Assembly: GCF_021869535.1 (NCBI RefSeq)
Contig: NW_026262701.1
Span: 110,484,001 to 110,548,000 of the forward strand
Length of the DNA: 64,000 nt
Reading direction: 5' to 3'
Source: Mytilus californianus
Taxonomy: Eukaryota
In this document: piece by piece, positions 11,840 to 25,472 of the stretch
Layout: every line of letters begins with the position of its first letter
How positions within the stretch are numbered: the stretch's first letter is position 1
Program-made: the position numbers and the translations under genes
The notes under the pieces: generated by a model
The model's database searches: none
Told to the model about the DNA's origin: nothing
What the model saw: only the letters and a program-made list of their open reading frames with translations

Positions 11840-13560
11840 CTATCGTGAAACAAATTCAACTTCCTGTCCGAAATGTTCCGATTACAATTAAGGGAAATCT
11901 TAAGTCTAAAATCTGAAATTGTTAGATTTTGGATTTCACCTGCCTGCTCCCGAAGACTTTCAAAGGAGGACGAGAGATACACAAGATATAGAAAATTTGT
12001 TATTTGTTGAACATTTAAATTTGTGGTTAACCTGTACCTTCGACATCCTCAGAAATTGGTATTCCATGAATAATATTGAATCCACAGTACTCCATGCGCT
12101 AACGAAGTTTGAATATAGCTGCTAAGGTGAGGAAAATTTATAATTTTAAAATTGAAATCGTTTCGTTTGTCATAGATTCTGGTACTGAGATTACCGAGAA
12201 CATAAGTTAAATTCGACTATCCCTTCGGCATCTTCTGCCTCTCTTTTAAAGCTGAAGCTTAGATTGAAATAAGTAAATTATCTTAGCCACCGAATTTCAA
12301 GCGAAGGCCTGGGAGTCGATCTGACGAAAATTAAAGCCATTACTGAAAGATAAAAACAACATTTTGTATATTTCAGGTGTCCGAAGCAATCTTCTATGAT
12401 TACCTTCATCAGGTACGCTCAAAGCCGTATATTCAAAAGCCTAGGATGTATAAAATCGAATACATGTCGTAAGTGATTTGAGACACCGATCCATCGTATC
12501 GGTCAACCAATTCGTGATGGTGACAGTAGTGTTTATGTAGATTCGATTTTAGTCGCAGTTCCTCGGAGCTCTGTTAGAGCAGTTTCTACATAAGAAGCAA
12601 ATCCTTGTAAATACAATCTGCATAGTGTGAACATTAACGAGCGTTATTTATTAACTGATATATGTAAACGACATAATATGGAAGAGAGTATGTTACTGTT
12701 GAGAAACGGAGAGTTCACAATTGGAAAGCTGAAATCATAATTTTTTTTTATAGATTAAAGTTTAAAGTCTTCATCTGTATCAAGATATGAAGTAGACCTT
12801 CTACTTTCGATAGTATCCATAATCGCAGGTTCACTGGGATATAGATGTAAGCAAGCATTGAAATGTGGGTTAAATGAACGACAGACCATCATAAATGTAT
12901 CTTACATTCAGGAACTTTGCAAGACTTTTTTTGTTTGTCTAAGAAAAGGATCTGTATGAATTCTGCTGCATATGAGTACAAAACAAGTCAGCCAGTATTG
13001 GTGCACAATAAGTACCCTTTGCAAATCTGACTGCCTACTGAAGTATCAATCCACATAAGACAGTTAGTCAGTTTCTAACCCTGTGCTTAAGCACTTCGAT
13101 CAAGAAAATGCTACCGCTGTGCAATGCGATATGGGCGGTTTTGCTAGCTATAAACCAGATTTAACTCACCATTTTCTTCGGAAATTGCTTTTAACAGGAA
13201 TATGACTTTTGTTTTCAATTCATTCCGTTGGTTGATGTAGTCTACCGTTTGATTTTGGCAGGTTTTATAGATTTTCACCTTTTTGAATTTACCTTGGAGT
13301 TCGGTATTTTTGTTAATACTTTTTTTATACATGTATGATGCAAGAAGACATTATATCGTTGACTGACATAAACTAAGTGAAATATGCGTAAATTGAAAAG
13401 GAATCTGTGGCTATCGTTTTTGGAATGGAAGGCTTCGATAATTATGCGTATGGTAGAAATGTACTTATTGAATCTAATCACAAGACACTAAAAAATATAA
13501 AAACAGCTAATTAGTCCACCGAAAAGATTGCAAAGAATGCACTTACATCTCCAGACAAAA
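11840..13560 (+). mobile_element. Heavily degraded Gypsy/Ty3 LTR-retrotransposon pol fragments
   Basis: Remnant peptides DPIVKQIQLPVRNVPI, VNYLSHRISSEGLGVDLTKIKAITE, NPVLKHFDQENATAVQCD and IEKESVAIVFGMEGFDNYAYGRNVLIESNHK...PPKRLQRM (RT, connection and RNase H); many stops. Confidence 0.75.
12430..12960 (-). mobile_element. Degraded Naiad-type RT fragment nested in the Gypsy remnant
   Basis: Minus-strand remnants LYPSEPAIMDTIESRRSTSYLD and DFSFPIVNSPFLNSNI resemble the RT at 57250-58380. Confidence 0.6.
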
Positions 13561-14324
13561 ATATTTGTTGGACAAATTGACGAACAAAATGGTTGCAATA
13601 TAGTCCCCACTCCTAGAGTTGGGGTATCATTAAATGAATGTTTTCGCCAATAATGTTATCTTATTCTTTTCTGCTTTAAAGATTATTTTACGTTCATTTG
13701 AATCTAAAGCGACCTTGAAAACACGAGATTATTCACTCCGGAGCACCTGAGATCACCCCCAGGTTTTGGTGAGGTTCGTGTTGCTCAGTCTGATTTTCTA
13801 TGCTGCTTTGTGTACTGTTGTTTGTCTGTCTTTCTTTAGCAAAGCGTTGTCAGTTTATTTTCGACTTATGAGTATGAATATCCCTTTAGTATCCTTCGCC
13901 TCTCTTTTAACGATTAAGGAAAAAGAATCTTTGGAAAGAGGGATTCATTAATTCGCTATCAGAAAACTTAATCTGTTTTGTTTAATCTTTACTTTTCTGT
14001 AAAGTGATATTTTATTGTTGTTTGTCATTTCGTCATTTATCATTTGGTCATGGCCTGCTTTTTATAGGACTTGTACTAGTTGATTGTCCCTTGGTATATT
14101 CTCTCTCTTTTTACTGGTTGCATTTGTTAGGGCTGTTATACAATTGGAAACACCATGCATAGTAAGAACATTGTTGTGTGCAATGGCCACCTTTACTTCA
14201 GTTATAATTGAACTTCCTCATATATGATCTTTTCTCTTCATAATTATGTAATTGTACTAAACTAAGGTTGCAATTTCCTAGGACATAGTCGACCTTAATT
14301 ACCCCAGAAAATTTGGACTGTTTT

Positions 14325-14530
14325 AAAAGTGAGAGGTTTAGCTAGCTATAAAACCAGGTTTAATCCACCATTTTCTACATAAGGAAATGTCTGTACCAAG
14401 TCAGGAATATGACAGTTGTTTTCCATTCGTTTGATGTGTTTGAGCTTTTGACTTTTCAATTTTATACAGGACTTTCCGTTTTAAATTTTCCTTGGAGTTC
14501 GGTATTTTTGTTATTTTACTTTTTACTTGG
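14325..14530 (+). repeat. Dispersed SINE-like repeat (gtgagaggtttagctagctataaaaccagg family)
   Basis: Related copies at about 13140-13330 (minus/partial), 24945-25085, 27061-27384 and 32125-32310. Confidence 0.75.
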
Positions 14531-15302
14531 GTCATTTTCGTTCTTACGCTATCTTATGTTTTAAGTTTTGGGCTTTCCAGACTTTCGTTTACGGTCGAAC
14601 TGACGAAGATCGTGTGCATGGAAATAACATTCATTTTTGTTTTACTTTTCAAAATATTTCTTGAAACACGAAAAATGTTATTGCCTTGAATTTCTGTTAT
14701 CCCTCAAAAGTAAATTTAACTGCTAATGATTATAGTAACTTTTCGCCTTATAGCATTTCACTTGTATTTAACACTAAAATCTTGATTTGGAATCATGAAA
14801 AAACTGTTTAGGTGGAGCAAATCACAATTTATCAATTTTTCGATATGGTAAATTTGAACGCTGTACAGTTTATGACTCTTGGTCGGAAGAACAAGTTAAT
14901 GATGTGCTTCGATGCCTTTTCTTCACTAAAATTACATCTTCTATTTTCTTTAACCGTTGAACAGCTGAATATACCTTGTCAAAAACCTCAACATTCACTA
15001 GATTCTGTATATTTTCCTTTAAAAGAAAAACATAGTTATCCCTCTGAAATCGTTAATTTTTTAACACTTAAACTTATTTAAAAAAAGTATTGTTTATCTC
15101 AATCTAGAGTTGAATTGAAATTTTTGGCAATCGGCTTAATGTAAAATTTGTAAATCAAATCATGCTACAGTTTCTCGACACATTTGAATGTAATATGTTT
15201 CATTTTCCTATGAAATTATGAATCATACCTTCGCGTAACAAAAATTAACGAAAATTTCTATGTGCCCAAACAAAGCAATGGAAACATCAATCAAAACATA
15301 TA

Positions 15303-15427
15303 TATCGTATTAAAGAAATTGTATACAACTATAAAAACATCGATATCGTACTAAAGAAATTGTTTACAACTATAAAAACATCGATATCGTACTAAAGAAA
15401 TTGTTTACAACTATCAAAAAATCGATA
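15303..15427. repeat. 41-bp tandem repeat x3
   Basis: Unit tatcgtactaaagaaattgtttacaactataaaaacatcga, with atcgta at 15304, 15345 and 15386. Confidence 0.9.
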
Positions 15428-15984
15428 GAAAGATTCAATATATCAAATAAATTTGTTAATCAGTCAACATAATTTTTTGTAAGTATACCTTTAGTTTTTC
15501 CAGATTTTTTCTCTCTGTTTGTACGCTTTGCACTATATCTGATGTAATTTCACATGCTTGACTAGTTTGTAAGATTTCTATAATTTGCCTAAAAATTATA
15601 ATGATAAATAACTGTTTATAACATTATCTTTTGAATAACTTTCATTTATATATTACAGGGAAATTTACTGAGTAACGCGATTGTATGGTTCTACTAGTTT
15701 TTCAGGAACCCTTTTGTACCACTTGAGTTCATTTCCTGTTTTAATGGGGTTCGCTTGCTCAATCTTTTTATTTTTCTGTGTAGCAACTCCTACTGCAAAG
15801 TTAACGATGTTTTAATGTATTCTTTCATGATCCTCACGTGTATCCGTATTTCCCTGTTAAGTGTGATTTTAAAGTTTATTTGTTATTTTTGTTTCAGAAT
15901 GTCATAGGGACTCTTGCTAGATTTACATTGTACATGTATATGCATATGATAGTCAAAACAACATATTGTCCCCTTCCCCTACTA

Positions 15985-16290
15985 GAGAATTACCAGCCCA
16001 GTAGTCAGCACGTTTGAGCTGACATGACATATGATATGTTCATTTTCTGTAAATTACCTGTTGACAAAATGGTGAAATATTCAAAACATTAAGGGTTTTC
16101 TACCCCAAATATGGATCGCCTGATCCGTATTTGGCAGAACTATTCGGAATTTTTGGTTATTAATGCTCTTTAACTATGTACTTAATTGGTCTTTCCAACT
16201 GTTTTATTTCGACCTCACTGATGAGGTTTATGTAAACAAAAAGCGTGTCTGGCGTACCAAATTATAAGCCATCTATCTTTGATGAATTTT
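15985..16290 (+). mobile_element. Retrozyme-like repeat with mutated hammerhead core
   Basis: Collinear with 33970-34310; CTGATGA at 16218-16224 but G12 of GAAA changed to A. Confidence 0.65.
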
Positions 16291-18170
16291 TAACGTGTTA
16301 GGAGAACGTAATGATTTTTGCGCGCAAATGTAATACACCGAGAAAAAACAGATACTTAAGAAATTTGTCATGCCTATGTTAAGATGTTTAAATTGATAAA
16401 AAATAGAAAAAGGGTTAAATTTGTTTTAAATATGGGTTCTCAAAAAGTAATTATGTGCTAAAATCCTGTCATTTTGTAAAATGTAATCGAGTGACGCGCA
16501 TCTAGTTTCACTGTCACATAAAATTGAATACAGACAATGTCAGTACTGAAAGAATAAAAAATAATAGCCTCTTAAAATAATGTAACTCATCTTCGTTCGA
16601 GTTTGGTTGTAATCAAAGGAAGTTGGCGCGGTCATTTTCTGTAAATTTACTGCTTACAAAATGATAAAATCATTCGAAGCAATTGGTTTTTTTTCTAACA
16701 AGGACTAGATGGCCTATTCTAGATTTTGCACAACTTTTTAAGAAATTTTTGTTCTCAATGCTCTACAACTTCATATTTGTTTTGGCAATTCAACCGTTTT
16801 GATTCGAGTTCGACATACTAAAACATATAAACTTGGCATCTTTGGTAACTTTTCACCATCACTATTAAGTGATAAAGATAATCTTGCAAAAATCAATCCT
16901 TTTTTATCATTACTTCATATTCATTGTTGAAAATAATTTGTGAACAAAACGGATTAATAAAAGAAGCATTTTAGTAATACAATAATTGAAAATGTTTTTT
17001 GACACAAAATTTTTATCGAACTCCAGCGCACTAATGATGTGTATACTGAGGATATTCGCTTCTTTCTTTTTCATGTAACTCCTTCTATAGACAATACACC
17101 AGACAGGTTCTCTCAGCAACTCCAATATTTATCAATGTTTTTTTAAACATACAATTCAATTACACCTCTGACAAACATCTTAAAATTCTTGAAAATTCTT
17201 CTGCATTTTTGTACAATTTAAAATTCATTTTTCCCATAATAAATCTTGATGAGCTTTTACCTTTTATTAAAATTAAAAGATATGCTTTTTTTTTTTGGCG
17301 AAAATATAGAATTGGCAAATGCTGGCATCTTTAAAGAATAGACAATATCTATATACTAAAGTTTAATGTATGAAACATTTTCTTCATTTTGAAAAAAAAA
17401 TTGTCATTTTTATTTCTGCTCCGAACTCTCTTAACACAATTATTATATCTCAAATGCTGAAAAAAGGATTAAATATTTCATTCAAATCACTTACGACTGA
17501 ATATCACACGACTTTTCCTCCAGTTCCTCTATTCCTAACTTATCAAGCTGAGACAAAGATCTTAGTACTATAAAATACACATAGCACATTAACCTATTAT
17601 TAACGTATATACTTATATAGAGTTATTTATTTTTAGAATGATAGATCATTCGTTTGAAGAAACAACCCGGACGATATAAAGTTTCAATTAAATGTGCTTT
17701 AAGGCATAAAATAATGACCTGTGTAAGGTCAAATTGCAGTTTGTTAAAACATTTAATTCATTTAATTCATTTAATAGTAATCGTGTGTTGTTCAAATTGG
17801 GATATTCTGTACAATTTTCCATCTTAAACATTCTTGAAAGGTTTTAGGCAGAAACAATCCTTTCCTCTATTTGTTAGATTAGAAATAAAATCCTTGTAAA
17901 TTTAAAAAAAATAATTTGCTTTTCCATGGTTCAAATGTTATGAAACCAGAGAAAGAACATAGCACCCCCTTTCATAAATATATAATAAATAACTTATCAA
18001 ATGACTTATATTTTTCATATACATATTTGTCATCGTCATTTGCAAGTGGAAGCAATGGCATTATATTTTCAGAAACCTACGGAATTGAACAGAAACTGTA
18101 TATGGAACTAAGCAACTTATATTTTTGTCACATTCTGCATTAACATTTTGATAAATTGTACCAAAAATAA

Positions 18171-18241
18171 TCATGTTGTTGCGCTGATTAAAATCCAAAG
18201 AGAGATTAATATAAAGAGCAAACAGTATGACCAAATATGAC
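18171..18241 (-). CDS. DED-protein paralog B, exon 8: hydrophobic C-terminal tail anchor and stop
   Basis: Strong acceptor tttccttcttattttatAG; phase 1 gives GHIWSYCLLFILISLWILISATT followed by TGA (18171-18173). Confidence 0.65.
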
Positions 18242-18533
18242 CTATAAAATAAGAAGGAAACTTCTAAAGGCCAAAGCAAGTTCATATTTTAGCTTTTGTA
18301 AATTTATAATTCATATCCTGAGAATTAAAACATGTTGAATCATGAACAATACCGAAACATTAACTGCAGGAAGATGTTCCTAAATTGGCATTTTGCTCTG
18401 CTCTTGAAATTGGTCAACTTTGCGTTAAAAGTCAAACTTCACATTTTTGTTGGTTTTTTTTTTCTTCTTTTTTTTTTGTTGGTTTTTGCTGTTGTTTTAC
18501 AGTTTTAAGTACTGCATAGTTAAAAAAACTTAC

Positions 18534-18560
18534 CATCTCCTCTTGAGTACAATAACGTTT
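18534..18560 (-). CDS. DED-protein paralog B, exon 7 (27-nt micro-exon)
   Basis: Acceptor tttattttgtAG, donor G|GTAAGT, phase 1-1, ETLLYSRGD. Confidence 0.6.
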
Positions 18561-18880
18561 CTACAAAATAAACACAGACATGAGTACAAAGCTGAGAAAA
18601 ACTGGCTACAAGTTACATAGAAACTTTCATAAACGTGATTGAATTATATTGCATATTCAGTCAAGCAATTCTTCAGCTGACGTGTTTTAAGAGATATATT
18701 CTAAGATATATAATAAATAAATGCAATAGTAGTACACCGCTGTTCAAAAGTCATAAATCGATTGAGAGAAAACTATCTTCTAACATGACTTTTATAAGAA
18801 AACGGTTGATATAATGATTTCGCACTACATTATATCCACATTTCGATGTGGTTTTTTTTTTATTAGTTTATTTAGATTAC

Positions 18881-19018
18881 CTTTACATCCATATTCTGAA
18901 ATTCTGTGTCTAGTTTCTCCAAAGTTACTTTCATCAACAATGTTTTGAAGTTTACAGATAATTTCTTCTCTTTCCGTTTCACATTTTTCAGCAGTGTCCT
19001 TAAGGTCTACTAAAGCAT
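18881..19018 (-). CDS. DED-protein paralog B, exon 6 (duplicate of exon 5, coiled coil)
   Basis: AG/GT bounded, 138 nt, phase 1-1, open: DALVDLKDTAEKCETEREEIICKLQNIVDE...; 18/30 identical to the start of exon 5. Confidence 0.75.
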
Positions 19019-20718
19019 CTGAAATATAAATATGCTGAAATTACATATCATTTTCGTTTAATATATATGTGACCAGCCATGAGATTTTCAGGATTATGGA
19101 GGTACCACAGTCACAATGAGTTTTTTGCCTTTTTATGAAGTATACATAGATTCAAAACAACATGACAAGTTATTTTGCTAGATTCTGCAAAATAACAGAA
19201 TTATGTTCATTTTTGTTAATTTAGATTTTATTAAAAAATTTCATCTTTTTCAGTTTTCCCCATATATTTTCATCTATTATGGTTATCTTTGAAATATCTC
19301 ATATTTTTTGTTGTTGTTTATTTTTCTTTAGGGGGCGGGGGGGGGGGGCAACTTAAGATTTTTTATATCTATATCATCCATTCGTTTGCCATAACAACAA
19401 TGTAGCGGAATCTGAAATCTAAATAATAATGAGTTAATAATAAGGACTTAACCATCTTTCCTTCTTAAGGAAAACAATATTAATACCAAGATATTTTCCC
19501 TTTTGATGTGAACACTGAGATTTACTCCAAAAACTTGGTTTTCATGCTGCAATATTTAGTAGTCATTAATTAGAGAAAAATATAAACACTGCACTTTGAA
19601 ATGCCTACAATAATATAAAATTAATTTTCAGGCCCCTTTGAGAATTAGTTTCAATTCAGATCAATGCAATGAAATCTTAAAGATAAATTGTGTGAATTTA
19701 GAAGCCGATTCTAAACTGGATTTTTACCTTAATTATTAATTTTACGTACAAAATCTACTTGTCTTTTATATTAAATATAAAATTCAAATTTCCAAAAGTC
19801 AAGAAAAAATTAAACTGTTTTACCGCATGATATACTAGTAATTGGACATCCAATAACAGGTGCCCTATTACGTTACTTGACTTTACATCGACGTTTTCTC
19901 ATTGTGACGTTCACCGCCATAAGCCTGGAAATGTGATGGTGGGTCACATATCTATCAGCGTGGTCTGGAATTGCATGGTCAAGTACTCTCAGTATGTCCG
20001 TTGGTAAACCGTCGTTAATATAAAAATAAGTAGTAAAATGGTTACTAGGAATGACGATCGCTACTCATTTTAATCATCATTTTAATAAATAAAGGTTTAC
20101 CTTCAAAACACAAGATATAATTAAAATGAAATAGTTCTAAGAAGGTATGTCTTTTCATATATACTTTTGATTTGACTATTCCCTTTGTACATTAGATAAC
20201 AGTTCTGTCTAATGATTTCCATATTTTAATTGATACCTATAATTAGTTAAGGAATAACAACACGTGTTACCGATGTTAGTGCGTATGGGATGCATGTAAT
20301 TCTGGAATTCGTTCGACACCCAAAAGTTTGAAAGTCAAAATATAAAATATATGAGAAGTTCAAAATCAACAGTGCTTTAACAAAACAAACAAAACTGTTT
20401 ACAGTCAACTTTTCCTGATCGAGTTGCGAACATTCAGGTATAAAATATTAGTCATCAGTAAGGCTTGATGACAAAAGTTAAGGAGGCCAAACATAAAAAG
20501 TCCTAAATAAATAAAATAGGCAAATATATTCAGATCAAATTTGACCGTGACATTTGCAATTGTAGTTATAGTACAATTGCACAATTCATTAACTAAAATA
20601 CATTTATAATATATAATTTGAACGAGTCAGTTCCGAGGTTACAATTTGACAATGTTATGCAATAATATGAGTACCATCATATGTAATGACATGCAATAAA
20701 AAAAATTATAAACACTAC

Positions 20719-20883
20719 CTTTGCAGAAATTTTCCGACGTTACAATATGAGCTTTTTCAATGACTTTGTTTAATTCAGAACATTTCTCGTCATATTCGTC
20801 AATAATATTCTGAAGTTTGCGAGTAATTTCATCTCTTTCTTCTTCACATATTTCCACGGCATACCTTAATTCTAGTAAGGCAT
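20719..20883 (-). CDS. DED-protein paralog B, exon 5 (coiled coil)
   Basis: Acceptor cttttacttttcAG, donor G|GTAGTG, 165 nt, phase 1-1; DALLELRYAVEICEEERDEITRKLQNIIDEYDEKCSELNKVIEK. Confidence 0.8.
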
Positions 20884-21471
20884 CTGAAAAGTAAAAGATC
20901 GTACTAATATATTAACTGATCAAAATGAAAAGTGCTCATTTTTCTTTTCTTGATGGTTATGTTTCTAATTTTGTTTTACTTTTATGAAAGTGTCATGGGA
21001 TGCATAGAAGCTTGGTAAATAAATGATTTTCTATCCTCTCTGGTTTTGTATTTCGAGTTGTTTCACTCACAGTTTACATTTACCACTCACCCCCAGTTTT
21101 TGGTGGGGTTCGTGTTGCTTAGTCTTTAGTTTACTATGTTGTGTCATATGTACTATTATTTGTCTGTTTGTCTTTTAATTTTTCGCCATGGCGTTGTCAG
21201 TTTTTTTTTCGATCTATGAGTTTGACTGTCCCTCTGGTATCTTTCGTCCCTCTTTTTTAACACTGCCTGTTTTTTTAAGTATTTGCAGAACATGAATTAG
21301 GACAAAGGTATATGATGAAGATGTACAGGAGTGCATTGGTGAATGTATTGTGGAGTAAATTATGACCATTATATGTGGCCTACAATTGCTTATATCCACT
21401 TCATGTGAACCATGGTGGATAGTTGTCTCATTGACAATCATACCATATCTCTTTATTTTTTATATATGTAA

Positions 21472-22583
21472 GACTCAGATCGACGTCCGATCTCTAATCG
21501 ACGTCCGTTCCTTAAATCGACGTCCAATCTGACGTCACAATAAAATAACATTCCAATTCGACGGCCGATTTTATGTTCCTCTAATCGACGTCTTTTTTGT
21601 GGTTCTCAAATCGACGTCCAATATTTGGCTTCCCTAATCAACGTCCGTTTTCTTGACTTGTCGCAGTGAAATCACAACTTTATTCAAGGGTTGGTTGAAT
21701 TTAAAACTTAAAAAGTTGTTAAAAAGTCCAAATCGTAAAACTTTTAACAATTGGCTGTACGTTTTTATTCTTTCTATTGTTTCAGTCTGTATACTGCCCT
21801 CCGGATGTCTTATCATTATCTTTGTTTTTGGCCTTTGGTTGTTGTCTCATTGTCGTACAATGTATATAGATATAAGAAGATGTGGTATGCGTGCCAATGA
21901 GACAACTCTCCATCCAAGTCATAATTTGTAAAAGTAAACCTTTACATGTAAAAGTACGTCCTTCAACACGGAGCATTGGCTCACACCAAACAGCAAGCTA
22001 TAAAGGGCCCCCGAAATGAGTAGTGTAAAGCTATTCAAACAGGAAAACCAACGGTCTAATCTATATAAAAAAACGAGAAACGAGAAACACTTATGAACCA
22101 CATCAACAAACGACAACCACTGAACATCAGGTTCCTGACTTAGGACAGGTGCATGTCATTTATTTATATGAAAAAGGAAAAAATCAACAACGTAGAAGAT
22201 AAACGTCTTTCACCAAAATATTAATATGCTATTACATGTAATTGTAATATGATGTTGATGATTGTCTTATTGTCATTTTCTAATATTTGTCGTTTTATTT
22301 TAATTAAATATAAGACAAAGAATGTAGTTTCTGTAAGCTACATCACAAAATGACAAAACGATACAGAAAATATAAACACAGATCAATTTAAAAATAAATC
22401 ATTCAATGAAATCGCGATGAGAGTCTCCTCATCGATCGGACGTTGTATATGTGATTTATTACGTAACATTGGACGTCGATTAGAGGGTTAAAATATTGAA
22501 AACTGATTTGAGAACGTGACGTCAGAGTTGGACGTCGATTTGAGGAACGGACGTCGATTAGAGATCGGACGTCGATTTGAGTC
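21472..22583. mobile_element. Foldback-type TIR element with ATCGACGTCC subterminal repeats
   Basis: About 68-bp near-perfect inverted ends (GACTCA[G/A]ATCGACGTCCGATCTCTAATCGACGTCC...); CpG-rich; SINE-like insertion inside; no clear TSD. Confidence 0.75.
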
Positions 22584-23622
22584 CAACAAATATATAATAA
22601 GAAACTAACAATACCCACCTTACTTGCAGTTAATGACGAAATCAACTTTAAAAACCAAATTCATCTTATTATATGTTTGCTGAACTTTTATAATAAAGTA
22701 GTTTAAGCGTGTTATTACATCAGAGCGGGCTAACAACATAAGTGTTTTCATGAAGCTTGACTTCGATCTGTTCTAATAATCCCGTATTGTTGTTGTAGGC
22801 TCGTCCATAAATGTCAACTGAATGAACCAAATGGTAATTTAAAACGGCAATTAAGTATTAAATCTATTGTATGTCAATTAAAGTGCCTTTCATCTTAAGT
22901 CAATAAGACAAACGAAGACAGCAACAACGGTTGGAATACTTACTTCGGGCACATTTTATATTATTCATGTTATGTAAGTAGTCAATCCTCCCCTGTAGGT
23001 TAAATGAGACAGAAGTGTAATAAAAATCGATGACAATCAGTTGGAATGGACATTACTCGTCAGGGCGGTACATAATGTAAAACTACTCAAATAAATAATA
23101 AGACACTAACAATACCCATCTTACTTGCAGTTAATGAAATCAACTTTAAAAACCAAATTCATCTTATCATATGTTTGCTGAACTTTTATAATAAGAGACT
23201 TATCTTATTTATTAACCACTATACAGTTGAACAGATTTAAAGTCAAATCATCATAAACAACATACAGATATGAGCTTGTGAAATTTAGATATTGGTAGGA
23301 TATTGAATCTAGAGAGTAAAATAATGAATTGTAGATAAACATAATCTTTCTATAAATATCTAAGATTTTCTCAAGAGTTTATATCAAAAGCAACCTTGAC
23401 GAGATGCATATTTCTTTTTCAGCGGCTCATATTGTTATCTTTTTGTACTGCTTTAGAATGTACTACGTGCTGTATAGAGTATGCTTTTCTTTGCTTGTGT
23501 TTAATCTCCTGATTGTTCATTAAGTTAGTACAAAGTTTCCTGGTTATCCTTTTGATTAATATAAATGGTGGATATTCACGTTTTCCCCTATTTGTTCTAT
23601 TTATATTCAAAACATGGTATTA

Positions 23623-24218
23623 GGTAGCAATATACAGAAAAAAATTCTTTATTTTCTTACAAATTAAGCTTACTGTTTGTGTCATATATGTGCATATGTA
23701 TGTAATCAATATCTTTCATAGATTTGGTTTCTAGTAGTTAAAAAAATTAAATATAATTTCTTGTTGGTGTATCCATGGCAACAATCTGCATTTATTTGCT
23801 GTAAAATACAACAAAAAGGGGTTCGAAGATGTCACATATGTCCCCAAAATTTGGCCAAAAGTAGAATTCCAATCCCCTTGAGCGATGTCATTCCTGAAAC
23901 AATTTACATGCATTTATTAAAATCATGGTCTTTCGACTCATTTTTTCCGTAAAATTACGTCAAAAAAAGTATAAAAAAAAAGTGTTTGTACACATTACAA
24001 CAATTTCTAGACCTATGGCCGGTCTGGATATGAATATAAAGACTGTCAAACAGAAAATAGCCAATAAAAACAATTATGGTGTTCACATAAATCCACTTTG
24101 AAGGCTTAATTAGTCATCAGCTATCAAAAAATGAATTTTATTGCACAATAACTTTCATGTATAAAAAATCCACTTGGGCCGAAATGCGAGACCACACTCC
24201 TAACTGTGTATTGCTACC
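23623..24218. mobile_element. Non-autonomous TIR element, TTAA-type target (Kolobok-like)
   Basis: GGTAGCAATA[T/C]ACAG 15-bp TIRs; TTAA on the right and ATTA on the left. Confidence 0.6.
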
Positions 24219-24476
24219 TTAAGTACAAAAATGGCAAACGGACCCCTGGAGTCGTCCACTACGATCCAGTTAAATATGATATTATGCAAAGAAAATATGA
24301 CTGTCTTAGCAAAACACAAAGTTAAACGAATTCTAAACCGTTTACTTTTAAGAGATATAACATATATTTCGTTAGCATTAGATTTTTGCGTGACTCACAT
24401 AAATCAGTGCATTAATCAATGTGGTTTATTCGGCGGCTAGTACATGCATTAATTCTTATGAATTGTATATAGCTAC

Positions 24477-24635
24477 CTGTAATATTCGATATGTATTCTT
24501 TGGTGTTTTCTTTTTCTTGTTCAATAGCGAGCTGATAGTTCTCAACATCCATCTGCAGATCTCTGTTTTGTTGTAGAATTTTTTTTACAGCTGCATCTTT
24601 ATCAAGAGTTGGTTTTTCTTCGTCCTCTTTAAAAT
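24477..24635 (-). CDS. DED-protein paralog B, exon 4 (coiled coil)
   Basis: AG/GT bounded, 159 nt, phase 1-1, open: DFKEDEEKPTLDKDAAVKKILQQNRDLQMDVENYQLAIEQEKENTKEYISNIT. Confidence 0.8.
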
Positions 24636-25113
24636 CTGGAAATATCGAGATAATTCGTTTTATACCTGTAGGGATACCAAAATTAAGAAGAATTTCCTTT
24701 CTTTGTACAGTTATGATTCGGGAAACATAAAAACATTGAGGTATTTTGAATATTATAGACTGTAAATCAAAGAGGGAAGTATTTTAATTAATATTAAAAT
24801 TTCTGATATTGATAAATTTTTATAAAGTAATCATTTCTAATTACTATAACTGGAATACCAATTATTCGAGAAAAAACAGTTTCAATATTTATGATCCTAT
24901 TCATACTGTGAATTCTGAAAACTTGAATCAATTATCTTTCTTCGGAAAATGCTGTACCAAGTCAGGATTATGACAGATGTATTTCATTCGTTTTGTTGGC
25001 TGTAACGTTTGATTTCTTCAGATTTCATGGCTTTCCCTTTTTGAATTTACCTTGGAGTTCTGTATTTTTGTTAATACTTTTCTATCTTTAATTCAAATTA
25101 CAGCAATGATTAC

Positions 25114-25395
25114 CTTTGCAGTCTATAAGTAGTTCGTCTACTTTAATCCGATCTACCCCATGCAAACATAATCTTTTTTTCTCCTGGTCTCCTAAGTTCA
25201 AGAGAATCGCAATACATACTTCTGGTATCATGATGGTAATATGAATGCTGCTTGTCGGTTCTATACCATCAATAATGATGTGATGCATTGGACAGCGTAG
25301 TAAAACTGACATGGCCGCTTTTAATGCTTCCAAGTCATCTGAACTAAATAGATCAGTTCCTCTGATATGAAAATCCACATGTCTGTAACCATTAA
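25114..25395 (-). CDS. DED-protein paralog B, exon 3 (putative TRADD-N-like alpha/beta domain)
   Basis: 282 nt, phase 1-1, open; LEALKAAMSVLLRCPMHHIIIDGIEPTSSIHITIMIPEVCIAILLNL resembles the helix-strand-strand-helix pattern of TRADD-N-like domains (pattern recognition only). Confidence 0.8.
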
Positions 25396-25443
25396 CTATC
25401 AGCAACACAGAGAAAAATAAGTTGCATGTGAATTATATCATTG

Positions 25444-25472
25444 ATATATATATGTGTGTGTGTGTGTGTGTG
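25444..25472. repeat. (AT)n(TG)10 microsatellite
   Basis: Directly visible. Confidence 0.9.

Noticed and set aside
16910-17125. Additional exon of the DED gene
   Set aside because: Lies downstream of the stop; the phase-1 reading terminates after four codons; no homology.
19331-19348. G-run (and C-run at 54713-54728) as a functional G-quadruplex
   Set aside because: Simple homopolymer tracts, the second within a repeat element; nothing else supports function.
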